This document shows, one piece after another, positions 26,560 through 36,711 of a stretch of 64,000 nucleotides of DNA. The DNA is from a virus (Duplodnaviria; Caudoviricetes). The position numbers and the translations under genes were made by a program. Position 1 is the first letter of the stretch. Each line of letters opens with the position of its first letter. Under the pieces are notes generated by a model. That model was given only the letters and a program-made list of their open reading frames with translations, was not told where the DNA came from and did not search any database. Location of the stretch: positions 1 through 64,000 of IMG/VR virus record IMGVR_UViG_3300029288_000120. One strand, written 5' to 3'.

Positions 26560-29500
26560 TGACCTCTCAGCCGAATTGGTTTCTTAATCCCCCTGGAGCA
26601 GCAAACTCCGGTTATATCTTTGTTGATGCTTTCTCCAGTTATGATCCTGGTTTGGTATCTGAATCAAACACCAAAGAATGGGATCCTGATGGAAGATGGG
26701 AAGTACTAGAAGGTACTTGGGAATTGGGGGAGGCTTATCCTGGGGAAGTTGACTACCAAAAGCAGGAATATGTATGGGGAACTCAGCCACAAGCACTTGT
26801 AGGTGGTGGGGGTTTCAATCTGGGTCCACAATGGTGGTGTGTTCAGGATTATTGGTATTATGGAAAGATATACGACTGGTATGCAGTTCCTTACGATTCA
26901 AGTAAGCATATTGTATTTGGTACTTTTACTTCCGATTATATAAGGCCCCCTGATTATATTCTCTATGTAGTTATAGAGATGGATAATGAGAATTTTTATC
27001 TTCGACCAGGAGAGTTGGTTTATTATGACTATGTAATGACGGGGGAAAAGGCACAAGGAACCACGTGGGCTAATTATGGATACCGTTCTAGGGTACAATC
27101 AGTAGAAGCAAAGTATGTAACAATAGAAATGGCTTTCTTCTATGACACACCCCCTGGTATTTATGCACTACAATCAGCAAACTACAGAGCATATGGAAGT
27201 TACAATGGTAGAATAGGAGCTTTTCCAGATATTTCCAAGTACTTTTCTATGGGTGTAATTAAGAATGTACACCCAGATCACTCAATAGATATAGTACTGG
27301 ATGACAACCATCAAGTGGAAAAGTACAATCCTTACTGGGAAGGTTCTGAAACCAAGTTCTATGTGGAAATTGGTTTTTTGTATTATAGAAATGTAACTAC
27401 CCAACCATTTTTTGAAAGAAAATATAGTTACTTTACTGAGATTGAATATGGTGTAGATCAAAATGATGGTACTTACAAAGATGAGTTGCACATACATTGT
27501 CCCACACAATGGTATGATGATGACTATTGGCAATTCTGGCCGGAACCAGGCACAAAAGTATGGATTTCCCAGTATTATGTTCCTCTAAAGGGATGTCCAT
27601 TTCGATTTTGTAGTACTACAGAAGCAGCTTTCAAAATAGAATCATTCGAGTGGCCTTATGTTTTAGCTTCTTGCCCTGGACATAACTATGAAGTGGGGGA
27701 GATTCTAAATACCTTCTTTTCTGGAACGACAGTATCTGGTATTTCTAAAGTGCTCTCTGTCAATGGTGACAGTTTGATTTTGGACCTCAGTGTTACAGAT
27801 TGGTATTATGCTCCTATTTATTTATCTGTTGATGTTGGTTATGGAGGGCAGAGTTTTTCTTACTATTGGTTCAACAGACTAGAAAGAGTATCAGACTTCA
27901 ACAACTGTTACTTAAACGACGAGACTAAAAACTACAAAAGATATCCATGGTGGCTGACATACGCAGTGGGGGAGTTTCGGGATCTCAATATACCCTCTTC
28001 CCGAGCAACCTCATTTACTACGGACACAGAACATCCTACCAATCTTCCCAAAATAGAAGGGGAGTATGAAGGTCAGAGGATTTTACATCCTACAAGGACT
28101 CATAAGTTTCTACGGGGAACTGGAATAATCAAACTCAGTACTCCTGTATTGGATGAGAACATACACATAGAAGTACACATACCTAGGGATAAACAACAGA
28201 ATACCGTAAGGTTGTATTTTGGGTGTACAGAGAATTTTGTTACTGGATATTGTCTTGAGTATGAACCTTATCCTGCTGGGGAATCCTTGACTTTTACGGG
28301 TGTAATTACTCAGGAAGTAATTTCCTCGTCCCCTGGTTATGTGGGACTAATAGCAGGATACTACATTAGGATTGTACCATCCCCTAGAACCTATGGGGAG
28401 CATGTTGTTGATATTTCTTGGGCTGGTGGAATACGCAGGGACATTCATATGCCCAGATGGATGCCTAGTGCGTGTGGGGATCTTACTGGCACTGATTGGT
28501 TTGTATATGTTTCTCAGGGGTGGGGAGATGTGTTTCCTGGGGTAGGAACAGTTGTAACCATTACTACAAAACCTTGGGGATTGCTAAGGCTATATGGTCC
28601 AAGTGGTGTGTTTGACCAAACAGTAGTGGGAGCAGGGGAGAGTTTGAAGTTATCCCTTTGGAGGGATGGCTCAGGCAATTTGATAGCCACAGCTAGACAG
28701 AAGGTTGAATACGTATCTTCATGGCCTTCTTTGTTTACCTATGACTATGCACCAGGGTTTGCAGGTTTATCAGGTATACACAAAACTCCCGCAGCACTAG
28801 AGGTATATCTTGGTGATAGTGATTATGTACTTCCAGGAAACTATGTAGGTTTGGGGGGCAATGGAGCAAACATTGATTGGATAACAATAGAGAAGATAGA
28901 ACCAAGTGAGGTCTATAAGTTATCAAGTGGTATTGGAACAATGACTATCTGGGGGGGTTCTGATATCGGGGCCATTTCCAGAACTCCTGATCCAGTATTT
29001 CTTCCTGGAACCTTACCAAACTGTCTGAAAGTAGTAATAACAGGAAATCACAATGACGGGCTAAACGTTGGGGAACCGGAAATTTACCCATGGAAGTTTT
29101 CTGATAGACTTGGTACATACTACTTACCGTTAAGAAAAAATGGAATAGGTCTGGATTTTTCTTATTTTGATATGTTGGATGTACGTGCTTCCTGTTGGAT
29201 ACTGGACAAAGTGGGTGGTCCTATTTGTCCTCCTATAGCAGTTGCACTTGGACGTAGTGGAACAAGTCAAGCTTATGGTGGGTTGGGGGAATACTCTTGG
29301 GGAATTACAGGACTAAAATCCACTAACGGAATACACTATCCTGTATTTGGGCCTTCCACTGACTACAATATATACACCGCTCCAGTAACAGAATGGTCTT
29401 CTAGTAGTTGGAGTTCTACTTCCATTACCACTGCTTCTAACTCTAGTGCCAGTGTATCATCCAAAAGCAGCAGTTTTTCTAGCACTTCCAGTAGTACTTC

Positions 29501-30614
29501 TGCTTCCAGTCATTCTAGCTCAAGTTCAAAATCTGCTTCTTCTTCGCTTTCATCAGAGTCAGAATTGTCGAGCAGTTCAAAGTCTAGTAGTTCCTCTACC
29601 AGCTCTATGTCTTCTGAATCTTCCAGTTCAACCAGTTCTTCTAGTGTACTGCTAGCAAACTTGATTGATGGCAGAAACTTTGAGGTAGTGATAACATACG
29701 AACTTGATTACTACGCCCATGTAGCCAATACTGATTGCATATTCTGTAGATTCATATGGCAAGATCAATACATAGAATACTCAGATGGCTCTACTCTATA
29801 CATTCCACCTATGTGGATGTTTAGTGAAATGTCATCCTGCAATCTGGCAGCTAATCCCGATTGCTACGATCAATATCCTTACAACCAATTCTGTGTTTGC
29901 AGCGTCAACTCTCCTCCATTTGATGGCACATATAATGGCCAGACGGTGGATTTTCCTTGCGATCAACAATGTTGGCCTGGAGAAGCTGCTACTATTACGG
30001 AGACCTGGACAATAACACCAGCACATAACCATGAACCTACAATTATAGATGGGGAGTGCTTCTGTGATGATACCCCATTGGAAAGTTCTTACTCAGGATC
30101 GTTCTCCAGTATATCTGTTTCCAGTAAATCTAGTACGTCTGATATTTCTAGCCCATCAAGTAAGTCCAGTTTGTCCTCGTCGAGCCCCACTAGTGTTTCT
30201 AGTCCATCAAGTCAATCAGCTTCCAGTCCATCAAGTCAATCAGCTTCTAGTCCTTCCAGTCAAAGTGTTTCCAGTCCCAGCAGTCAATCACTTTCTAGTA
30301 TCAGCAGTCCAAGTAGTCCCAGCAGTCAATCACTTTCTAGTATCAGCAGTCCTTCTAGTCCAAGTAGTCCAAGTAGTCCATCAAGTCCAAGTAGTCCATC
30401 AAGTATTTCCAGTAGTCTTAGTAGTGTCAGTTTCAGTAGTCAAAGTCTACAAAGTGAAATATCTGGATGCAATTATTGTTGGTGGTTCATGCAGTTTGAA
30501 TGGATGCGAATGGATGCACAATCTGACTGTGATTTTGGTATTTGTGGATGTGATCCACCAGACTATATTGGTGAGGAAGATGAGTGGGCACAGACTCCTT
30601 GTGTTCCTTCCTAA
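26559..30614 (+). CDS. Large tail tip/receptor-binding protein with two poly-Ser tracts and Cys-rich domains
   Basis: 1351 aa, Y/W/G-rich beta composition; Ser tracts at ~29397-29646 and ~30084-30447. Confidence 0.65.
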   Translation: MTSQPNWFLNPPGAANSGYIFVDAFSSYDPGLVSESNTKEWDPDGRWEVLEGTWELGEAYPGEVDYQKQEYVWGTQPQALVGGGGFNLGPQWWCVQDYWYYGKIYDWYAVPYDSSKHIVFGTFTSDYIRPPDYILYVVIEMDNENFYLRPGELVYYDYVMTGEKAQGTTWANYGYRSRVQSVEAKYVTIEMAFFYDTPPGIYALQSANYRAYGSYNGRIGAFPDISKYFSMGVIKNVHPDHSIDIVLDDNHQVEKYNPYWEGSETKFYVEIGFLYYRNVTTQPFFERKYSYFTEIEYGVDQNDGTYKDELHIHCPTQWYDDDYWQFWPEPGTKVWISQYYVPLKGCPFRFCSTTEAAFKIESFEWPYVLASCPGHNYEVGEILNTFFSGTTVSGISKVLSVNGDSLILDLSVTDWYYAPIYLSVDVGYGGQSFSYYWFNRLERVSDFNNCYLNDETKNYKRYPWWLTYAVGEFRDLNIPSSRATSFTTDTEHPTNLPKIEGEYEGQRILHPTRTHKFLRGTGIIKLSTPVLDENIHIEVHIPRDKQQNTVRLYFGCTENFVTGYCLEYEPYPAGESLTFTGVITQEVISSSPGYVGLIAGYYIRIVPSPRTYGEHVVDISWAGGIRRDIHMPRWMPSACGDLTGTDWFVYVSQGWGDVFPGVGTVVTITTKPWGLLRLYGPSGVFDQTVVGAGESLKLSLWRDGSGNLIATARQKVEYVSSWPSLFTYDYAPGFAGLSGIHKTPAALEVYLGDSDYVLPGNYVGLGGNGANIDWITIEKIEPSEVYKLSSGIGTMTIWGGSDIGAISRTPDPVFLPGTLPNCLKVVITGNHNDGLNVGEPEIYPWKFSDRLGTYYLPLRKNGIGLDFSYFDMLDVRASCWILDKVGGPICPPIAVALGRSGTSQAYGGLGEYSWGITGLKSTNGIHYPVFGPSTDYNIYTAPVTEWSSSSWSSTSITTASNSSASVSSKSSSFSSTSSSTSASSHSSSSSKSASSSLSSESELSSSSKSSSSSTSSMSSESSSSTSSSSVLLANLIDGRNFEVVITYELDYYAHVANTDCIFCRFIWQDQYIEYSDGSTLYIPPMWMFSEMSSCNLAANPDCYDQYPYNQFCVCSVNSPPFDGTYNGQTVDFPCDQQCWPGEAATITETWTITPAHNHEPTIIDGECFCDDTPLESSYSGSFSSISVSSKSSTSDISSPSSKSSLSSSSPTSVSSPSSQSASSPSSQSASSPSSQSVSSPSSQSLSSISSPSSPSSQSLSSISSPSSPSSPSSPSSPSSPSSISSSLSSVSFSSQSLQSEISGCNYCWWFMQFEWMRMDAQSDCDFGICGCDPPDYIGEEDEWAQTPCVPS
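30142..30410 (+). repeat. Imperfect coding tandem repeats (SSPSSQS / SSP)
   Basis: Repeated AGTCCA(T/A)(C/G) units, plus a duplicated CCCAGCAGTCAATCACTTTCTAGTATCAGCAGTCC. Confidence 0.8.
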
Positions 30615-30636
30615 AGCAAGAAAGGATAACTAATGT

Positions 30637-31113
30637 ATGCAGTGTAATTGGAAACGATCGAAGTCAAGAAATGTTTCTAATGCTATTGTGTTTGAGTGTG
30701 GCGTTTGTAACTTGCGGATAGGTATATCCCCTCAATTATTAGACAAGAAGTATGGGGGGGATTTGCAGAAGTTTTTAGATTCAAAGCCTGACTGCAAAGG
30801 GGCAGAAGCAAAGGAAGAGAATAAAGAGCGGTTTGAGAAAAAACCATGTAGGGATGAAGATGGGGATGAAGGAATTACCTGGGACAAAACAAAAAGATGG
30901 CTCAGTGCTGTAAAAAAATGGACTCTAGCAGGTTTTCCTATTAGGTCATTAGAAGAGATTGAAGAGGTATACAATAACAAATGTATTGTCTGTGACCATG
31001 TAAGTAAACAAGGTTCTTGCAAAATATGTGGTTGTAAGATCTCAAAACTCAGGATAGCTCTACTCAATAAGATAAGAATGGCGACAGAGCACTGCCCAAT
31101 AGAAGAATGGTAG
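30637..31113 (+). CDS. Cys-rich protein, tandem paralog 1
   Basis: C-terminal CxxC..CxxCGC...K...CP..W domain. Confidence 0.7.
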   Translation: MQCNWKRSKSRNVSNAIVFECGVCNLRIGISPQLLDKKYGGDLQKFLDSKPDCKGAEAKEENKERFEKKPCRDEDGDEGITWDKTKRWLSAVKKWTLAGFPIRSLEEIEEVYNNKCIVCDHVSKQGSCKICGCKISKLRIALLNKIRMATEHCPIEEW

Positions 31114-31136
31114 ATATATGATAATGGTGTTAATAC

Positions 31137-31613
31137 ATGAGTAAGTGTGTTTGGAAAGAACCAGAAAACAAAACAGCAGCATCTGTAATTGTTTTTGAGT
31201 GCAGTGTTTGTAATCGTAGAATAGGGTTATCTCTCGAAGAACTAAACACAGTTTTTCATGGTAATACACAGGAGTTATTTGACAGGCAGCCTGACTGCAA
31301 AGGGCCAGAAGCAAAGGAAGAGTATACAACAAAGTATGAAGATGGTTGTAATGGAAACAAAGAAAAAGGCATTACCTGGGACAAAACAAAAAGATGGCTC
31401 AAAGCAGTCAAAAAATGGACTCTAGCAGGCTTCCCTACTAGATCACTGGAAGAAATAGAAGACATATACAATAACAAATGTATAGTTTGTGATAACATAC
31501 TAAAACTCACAGGATCTTGTAGGCTTTGCGGTTGTAAAATTTCAAAACTAAGGATAGCTTTACTCAATAAGATTAGAATGGGCACGGAACATTGCCCAAT
31601 AGAAAAATGGTAG
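31137..31613 (+). CDS. Cys-rich protein, tandem paralog 2
   Basis: Same length and motifs as 30637..31113; C-terminal halves nearly identical. Confidence 0.7.
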   Translation: MSKCVWKEPENKTAASVIVFECSVCNRRIGLSLEELNTVFHGNTQELFDRQPDCKGPEAKEEYTTKYEDGCNGNKEKGITWDKTKRWLKAVKKWTLAGFPTRSLEEIEDIYNNKCIVCDNILKLTGSCRLCGCKISKLRIALLNKIRMGTEHCPIEKW

Positions 31614-31621
31614 GATAAAAC

Positions 31622-32692
31622 ATGGGTAAATGTGTGTATCAAGGAGAAGGCACAGAAACAATTCTTTCGGAATGTTTTCTAAAACAAACATGCAATAGAG
31701 AGGAAGAAGCTGAGTGCAAAGAAAGGCTTGAAATAGGAGATGCTAAGTTTCTTCAAAATTGGAAGGATCCTCTTGTTGTCCTCGATAGAAGTAAAAATCC
31801 CACAACAGCAATCAGAAACTTACTTGCTGGGGGACCAGCCTTCCTTGTAGGGGGAGGGCCATCGACAAAAACACAGCCATTAGAATTACTAAACAACCGG
31901 GGTATTTTTTCTTTGGCAGTAAACAATTCAGCAGCCCATCCGAGATTCCGAGCATCTGCTTTTGTATGTTCAGATCCTCCCTTGAAGTTTTCTAACTCCA
32001 TATGGTTTGATCCTCATGTAATGAAGTTTGTGCCCTCCCCCAAAATGTCAGGTAACAGAGAGCGGCTAAGGGAGAAACGAAATGGTATCTTCGAACGCTC
32101 AAAGAAAAAGGTAACAGATAGTCCCAATATATGGGGATTCAAGAGATTGAGCTGGTTATGGCCTGACGAAAGGTTCTTTCTACAGGATGGTGCTTGCTGG
32201 GGAAACCATGATGTAGGAGTAGTTAAAACCAAGGAATCTAAGACAGTTTGTACCTTACTTTTGGGTTTGAGATTACTATACTTTCTTGGAGCGAGAACTA
32301 TATTTCTGGTGGGTGTGGACTTTCTTATGAAACCCGATGGGGTGTACTCCTTTGACCAGAACAAAAGTGTAGGAGGATGTGAGTCAAACAACCGACAATT
32401 TGAAGTAGTAAACGGTTGGCTTTGTAGAATGGAAAGTAATGGGGTATTTGGAAAGTTTGGATTGAAGATTTTCAACTGTTACGAGAATAGTGGTTTGCGT
32501 GCATTTCCATACGTGCCTTTTGATACTGCTATCGAAATAGCCACAAAGGATGTAGAGCAGAAACCTGACTTATCTGGATGGTATGAAAAAGGAAAATGTG
32601 ATGCTTGTGGATCTGAGCATCTAAAATGGGGAGAAGAGGTTGAGTGTTTGGATTGTGGGGAAGTCGTAAAGATTTTCAAGATTATCGACTGA
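31622..32692 (+). CDS. Maf/DUF115 (MptE-like)/CstII-like glycosyltransferase-fold protein
   Basis: AFLVGGGPS, LAVNN, LGARTIFLVGVDF, IFNC...S.L.AFP. Confidence 0.7.
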   Translation: MGKCVYQGEGTETILSECFLKQTCNREEEAECKERLEIGDAKFLQNWKDPLVVLDRSKNPTTAIRNLLAGGPAFLVGGGPSTKTQPLELLNNRGIFSLAVNNSAAHPRFRASAFVCSDPPLKFSNSIWFDPHVMKFVPSPKMSGNRERLREKRNGIFERSKKKVTDSPNIWGFKRLSWLWPDERFFLQDGACWGNHDVGVVKTKESKTVCTLLLGLRLLYFLGARTIFLVGVDFLMKPDGVYSFDQNKSVGGCESNNRQFEVVNGWLCRMESNGVFGKFGLKIFNCYENSGLRAFPYVPFDTAIEIATKDVEQKPDLSGWYEKGKCDACGSEHLKWGEEVECLDCGEVVKIFKIID

Positions 32693-32699
32693 TTGGTGT

Positions 32700-32728
32700 T
32701 TGAAGAAACACAATCACTCATATATAAT
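32700..32728 (+). promoter_or_regulatory. Sigma70-type promoter
   Basis: TTGAAG-17 bp-TATAAT in an intergenic gap. Confidence 0.65.
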
Positions 32729-32775
32729 AAGAGGGACAGGAGTAAGAGTTTAAGGAAATAAATCTGTTTACAAGG

Positions 32776-33240
32776 ATGAGAAAAATGAAGAACATGCAGA
32801 AAGTTGATTACCGGCCGTTTGTTGTTAATTGGTTGTCTTGTGAGGAGAAGTTACCTACAGAAGGCAAAACTCTATTCTTTACAGATGGTAAGTATATCTG
32901 GTTGGGCAAAAGATGTGTTGATGACTTCGGTGACAGTATATGGCATCGGTGTGAGCTTGTTCCCATCTGGAGTATAAGAAATGAAGTGTGGGAATCAGAA
33001 TGTAGTCTTGCTATAAAGACTCCTACACACTGGGGTGGGTTACCAACAATTCCACAGAAGAGAGAATTTTCAAAACACTCTGCCAAGGCTTTCCAAGTTG
33101 CTTTCTTTGTTTTGCTTCTCTGTGGATTCTTTATACTGGGTTTTCGCAATGTGCTGCACTTGGGAGACATTGTACCGGTAGTTTCCATTGCCATCAGTTC
33201 CTTCTTTCTTGGACATTTATCAGAACATGACAACATTTAG
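32776..33240 (+). CDS. DUF551-like domain with two C-terminal TM helices
   Basis: W.S.EEKLP...PTHW..LP; hydrophobic C-terminus. Confidence 0.55.
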   Translation: MRKMKNMQKVDYRPFVVNWLSCEEKLPTEGKTLFFTDGKYIWLGKRCVDDFGDSIWHRCELVPIWSIRNEVWESECSLAIKTPTHWGGLPTIPQKREFSKHSAKAFQVAFFVLLLCGFFILGFRNVLHLGDIVPVVSIAISSFFLGHLSEHDNI

Positions 33241-33257
33241 CAAGGGAAAGAACTGAT

Positions 33258-33635
33258 ATGCTACCAACGCACAATATACCGCCCATCGGTCCCAGGCAAG
33301 GAAAAGTGTGGGGAAAGACACAGTTAGTATTTGCCCATAATTCTACTGAGACGCATATAATAGAAGCAAAGGCTGGTTACAAGTGCAGTTGTCACAGTCA
33401 CCAGTATAAATGGAATCGTTTTGTTGTCATCTCTGGGCGCCTAGCAATCCGCTTGTACCAGGATGAGAACTCAATAGACGAAACAATACTGGGGCCTTGG
33501 CAGGTTACCGATGTACCACCTGGTACCAAGCATACATTTGAAGCTATGGAGGATACAGTGGCAATTGAAGTCTATTGGGTAACACTTGATGCCCAAGACA
33601 TAGATCGTCATGGTACAGTTGGAGGAAAAGTATAA
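33258..33635 (+). CDS. Cupin (sugar isomerase-like)
   Basis: KVWG, CS.HSHQYK...F.V.SG, VPPG..H.F.A. Confidence 0.8.
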   Translation: MLPTHNIPPIGPRQGKVWGKTQLVFAHNSTETHIIEAKAGYKCSCHSHQYKWNRFVVISGRLAIRLYQDENSIDETILGPWQVTDVPPGTKHTFEAMEDTVAIEVYWVTLDAQDIDRHGTVGGKV

Positions 33636-33752
33636 TGGAACTGAGAGAAGCTTTCTATAAATTCAATTCATACAGTCCTGAAATACAGGAGTCCATAAGC
33701 AGAAAGGTTGTTTCTTTCCAGGTTCCATGAACTATTTGATTGAAAGTGACTG

Positions 33753-34532
33753 ATGTTTACTGACTATACAATTGTCTGTGGTGTTGATAAAAAACACCTA
33801 AATCAACTTCGTTGGGTCTACCCCACCTGGATCAAGAGCAAGCCATCTCTATTGAAGCAACCCATGTTGTTGTTCTACGACCAGAAACAACTAACTTATG
33901 GGGAGGTCAGTCAAGAAATCAACCACCCTGATATAACCATTGTGCCTTGGCCTCCTGGGGAGGTAGTATATGAGGGTATATCTGATGATAAATGGTATGA
34001 TCCCCAGAGATACAAAATGCTGGCCGGGTTTGTTCACGTTCCTCACCAACACATAGCTACCAATTACTGGCTGAAGTTAGACACAGATACAGTTGCTACT
34101 GGTCAGGATGATTGGATTGATGAAAGTTGGTTTGAGAGTGGTCCCGCTATAGTGTCTCAGCCATGGTCATTTACAAAACCAGCTAATCAGATGTTACTGC
34201 TTGATGGCTGGTTGTGTTTACACCCTTCTTTGAAAAACCTAACACCGCTAAATTTGGTTCCAAAAGAAGGTTCTGATAGACTAGGACACAAGAGGATCAT
34301 AAGTTGGTGTGGATTTTTTAAGAGGACATTTACCGAGCATTGTTCTCAGTGTGCTATGTTTTTTGGTGAACCAAAACTTCCTGTTCCCTCACAAGATGGG
34401 TATATGTGGTATATGGCACAAGTGATGGGAATGGAAGTTAAAAGAGTACAGATGAAAAGTAGGGGATGGGAGCATTGGACAACTGATTGGAATATACGTT
34501 CTGCTGTAGAAAGGGTTATGTATGGCAAGTAA
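33753..34532 (+). CDS. GT-A fold glycosyltransferase-like protein
   Basis: WLKLDTDT DxD motif, SQD, C-terminal H. Confidence 0.6.
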   Translation: MFTDYTIVCGVDKKHLNQLRWVYPTWIKSKPSLLKQPMLLFYDQKQLTYGEVSQEINHPDITIVPWPPGEVVYEGISDDKWYDPQRYKMLAGFVHVPHQHIATNYWLKLDTDTVATGQDDWIDESWFESGPAIVSQPWSFTKPANQMLLLDGWLCLHPSLKNLTPLNLVPKEGSDRLGHKRIISWCGFFKRTFTEHCSQCAMFFGEPKLPVPSQDGYMWYMAQVMGMEVKRVQMKSRGWEHWTTDWNIRSAVERVMYGK

Positions 34533-35217
34533 GTTACTAAGGCGTTCAGGTGTAGCCGTTGGTCTTGTTCTGGACCAACTACAATGGATACCAGATTTGG
34601 TTGTACAAGTGGGTATTGGTTTTTTCCATGAGGAATGTGATGTACTTCATCAAGAATGGCCTAATACCAAATTCATCGGTTTTGAAGCTCATCCCGACAT
34701 TGCTTCCAAGGTAAAGGATTACCCAGGGCAACTGATTAGCAAGGCTGTTGGTAATAGATGTGGAAGGGCTTTACTTAATTCTAAGTCGAAGCACAAGGAT
34801 GGCTCCTCTTTCTACGAGTTCAAAGAAGACATAGATTCTATCAAAGAGATAGAAATAGATGTTATAACACTGGATTCGATCATCAACCATGAAGAGGTTG
34901 ATAATGTGCTTCTCTGGTTGGATTGTGAAGGCTCCGAACTGAATGCTTTGTTTGGTGCTTCTTATCTGTTACAAAAGGTAAAAGCAATCAACGTCGAAAT
35001 GACTGCTAATCCTCCTAGTCTTTACTGGCCTAGTACAATAGAAGTACACAACTATTTGAAGGATCTAGGATTCTTTAGGCAATGGATACATACACTTCGT
35101 GGGGGGCAATATGACGCTATCTACGTTAGAAAGGAAATCTTCAAACCAGAGTATTGTTGTTGTCCTTATACAATAGTAGAGTTCCAAAATAGAAACGGAA
35201 GGAAAGCACTTTTATGA
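34522..35217 (+). CDS. FkbM-family methyltransferase
   Basis: FIGFEAHP, ITLDS, LWLDCEGSEL.AL.GA. Confidence 0.85.
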   Translation: MASKLLRRSGVAVGLVLDQLQWIPDLVVQVGIGFFHEECDVLHQEWPNTKFIGFEAHPDIASKVKDYPGQLISKAVGNRCGRALLNSKSKHKDGSSFYEFKEDIDSIKEIEIDVITLDSIINHEEVDNVLLWLDCEGSELNALFGASYLLQKVKAINVEMTANPPSLYWPSTIEVHNYLKDLGFFRQWIHTLRGGQYDAIYVRKEIFKPEYCCCPYTIVEFQNRNGRKALL

Positions 35218-36158
35218 GAAGTGAGAGAATCTTTTATCTGATGTCTGGTGCTGCTCATTTACCATATCTTATTTGCTCCTTACATACACTGAGAGATCAT
35301 TATGATGGGGAGGTATTTGTGTATGCTTGGTCAGAATCCATTGACATTGTGGAGCAGATAGCCAAGGATCCCAGGTTAAAGATAGAACCCAGGTACAGAG
35401 AGCCAGCTCATAAATTGAAGAATGCCCAGTTCATGGACAAAATACAATTGGCATGGGATCAGCAAGATGCTGTACGTAGAGTACTCTACTTGGATGCTGA
35501 CACAACCATACATGGGAGGCTCGATAGACTGTTCGTAGAGGCGAAGAAGGAAGGATTTGCAGCTACGCAGTTCTGTGATTGGAAAAGCAATCATGGAATT
35601 CCCTTGCGAAGGATAGTGAAGTTGAAAAACTATCGGGGAATTAACCAAGCTGCTGTGGATAGTTGTTGCAATAACCCTTGGCCTAGCGTAAACGGGGGTG
35701 TATGGGCAGCTGATACTTCCAGTGAAGTACTAACACTATGGTACAAGTGGACAAAGGTTGCTCAAAGCGAGTTCATTGCTGATGAAGTAGTACTACACAC
35801 TCTGGTACCCATATTCTTTGAAGATGGAATGTCAATTGTGGGCAGTATGGGTGAATACAACACCAGTCCCAAGTTTCAATGCAAAGACTTGCCAGATGAT
35901 GAAGTTGTAGTATATCATTTTCATGGGGACAGTAATGTCAGACCAGACAAGACAGAGAAAGGATTCAACCTGTGGTGGCCTCTCTACAAGCATTGTTTGG
36001 AGGCGAACATCGGCAGGATGGCTGATTGGATAGATAAGATTGATAACAAGTGGATGAAACCTTTACAAGAAAGAGACAAAGAAAATGAGAGAAATGGACT
36101 TACAGAACAGAAGCCAATACCAGTTCACCCGGAATTGGTTCCTGAACAGAAACCTTGA
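35214..36158 (+). CDS. GT-A fold glycosyltransferase (GT8/GT77-like)
   Basis: LYLDADT, NGGV, DE..L, YN, HFHG. Confidence 0.7.
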   Translation: MRSERIFYLMSGAAHLPYLICSLHTLRDHYDGEVFVYAWSESIDIVEQIAKDPRLKIEPRYREPAHKLKNAQFMDKIQLAWDQQDAVRRVLYLDADTTIHGRLDRLFVEAKKEGFAATQFCDWKSNHGIPLRRIVKLKNYRGINQAAVDSCCNNPWPSVNGGVWAADTSSEVLTLWYKWTKVAQSEFIADEVVLHTLVPIFFEDGMSIVGSMGEYNTSPKFQCKDLPDDEVVVYHFHGDSNVRPDKTEKGFNLWWPLYKHCLEANIGRMADWIDKIDNKWMKPLQERDKENERNGLTEQKPIPVHPELVPEQKP

Positions 36159-36711
36159 TACATTCAGGAAGTTCATTTATCCAGAATGGCAAGGGAAGCC
36201 AATAACATACCTAGAGATAGGTGTGTTTGAAGGTATGAGCTTGACCTGGATGCTACAGCATGTTTTGACCCATGCAGAATCAAAAGCAGTGGGGATTGAT
36301 CCCTGGCTTATGACTACAAAACTGGACTCTGATGTTATGACGAAAGTTATGGTCAGGGCCTACCAAAACACATTGCAGTGGCAGCAGGAAAATCGTTGCA
36401 CTTTAGTACAGGGAAATAGTGCTGAAGTTTTGAGAAGGATGGTAGCAAAAGGCCATGTTGGAATCAAGTGTGACAGTGTTGATCTTTGCATGATTGATGG
36501 CAACCACAACGACTATGCTGCCTATGATGATGCGAAACAGTGTCTTGGCTTGATAAAGCCAGGGGGATGGATGTTGTTTGATGACGTTGAGAATCAAGTC
36601 AACAAAAAGGAACACGTCAAGCAGGGATTGGAAATGTTTGTAAAGGATTATGGTAGTAGGGTTGAGTTCCTTTGGAAAGATAAGTATATGGAGTGTTACA
36701 AAGTACTATGA
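36085..36711 (+). CDS. Class I SAM methyltransferase (Methyltransf_24-like)
   Basis: LEIGVFEGMS, IDPW, IDGNH, KPGG...FDD. Confidence 0.85.
   Translation: MREMDLQNRSQYQFTRNWFLNRNLDTFRKFIYPEWQGKPITYLEIGVFEGMSLTWMLQHVLTHAESKAVGIDPWLMTTKLDSDVMTKVMVRAYQNTLQWQQENRCTLVQGNSAEVLRRMVAKGHVGIKCDSVDLCMIDGNHNDYAAYDDAKQCLGLIKPGGWMLFDDVENQVNKKEHVKQGLEMFVKDYGSRVEFLWKDKYMECYKVL

Noticed and set aside
30637-31613. Diversity-generating retroelement TR/VR pair
   Set aside because: Differences are mostly synonymous and not adenine-specific, both copies are intact genes, and no reverse transcriptase is in the window.
24911-31613. Host assignment (tail-tip and Cys-rich genes reminiscent of Planctomycetota-associated prophages)
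   Set aside because: This is an impression only and cannot be supported without homology or CRISPR-spacer searches.
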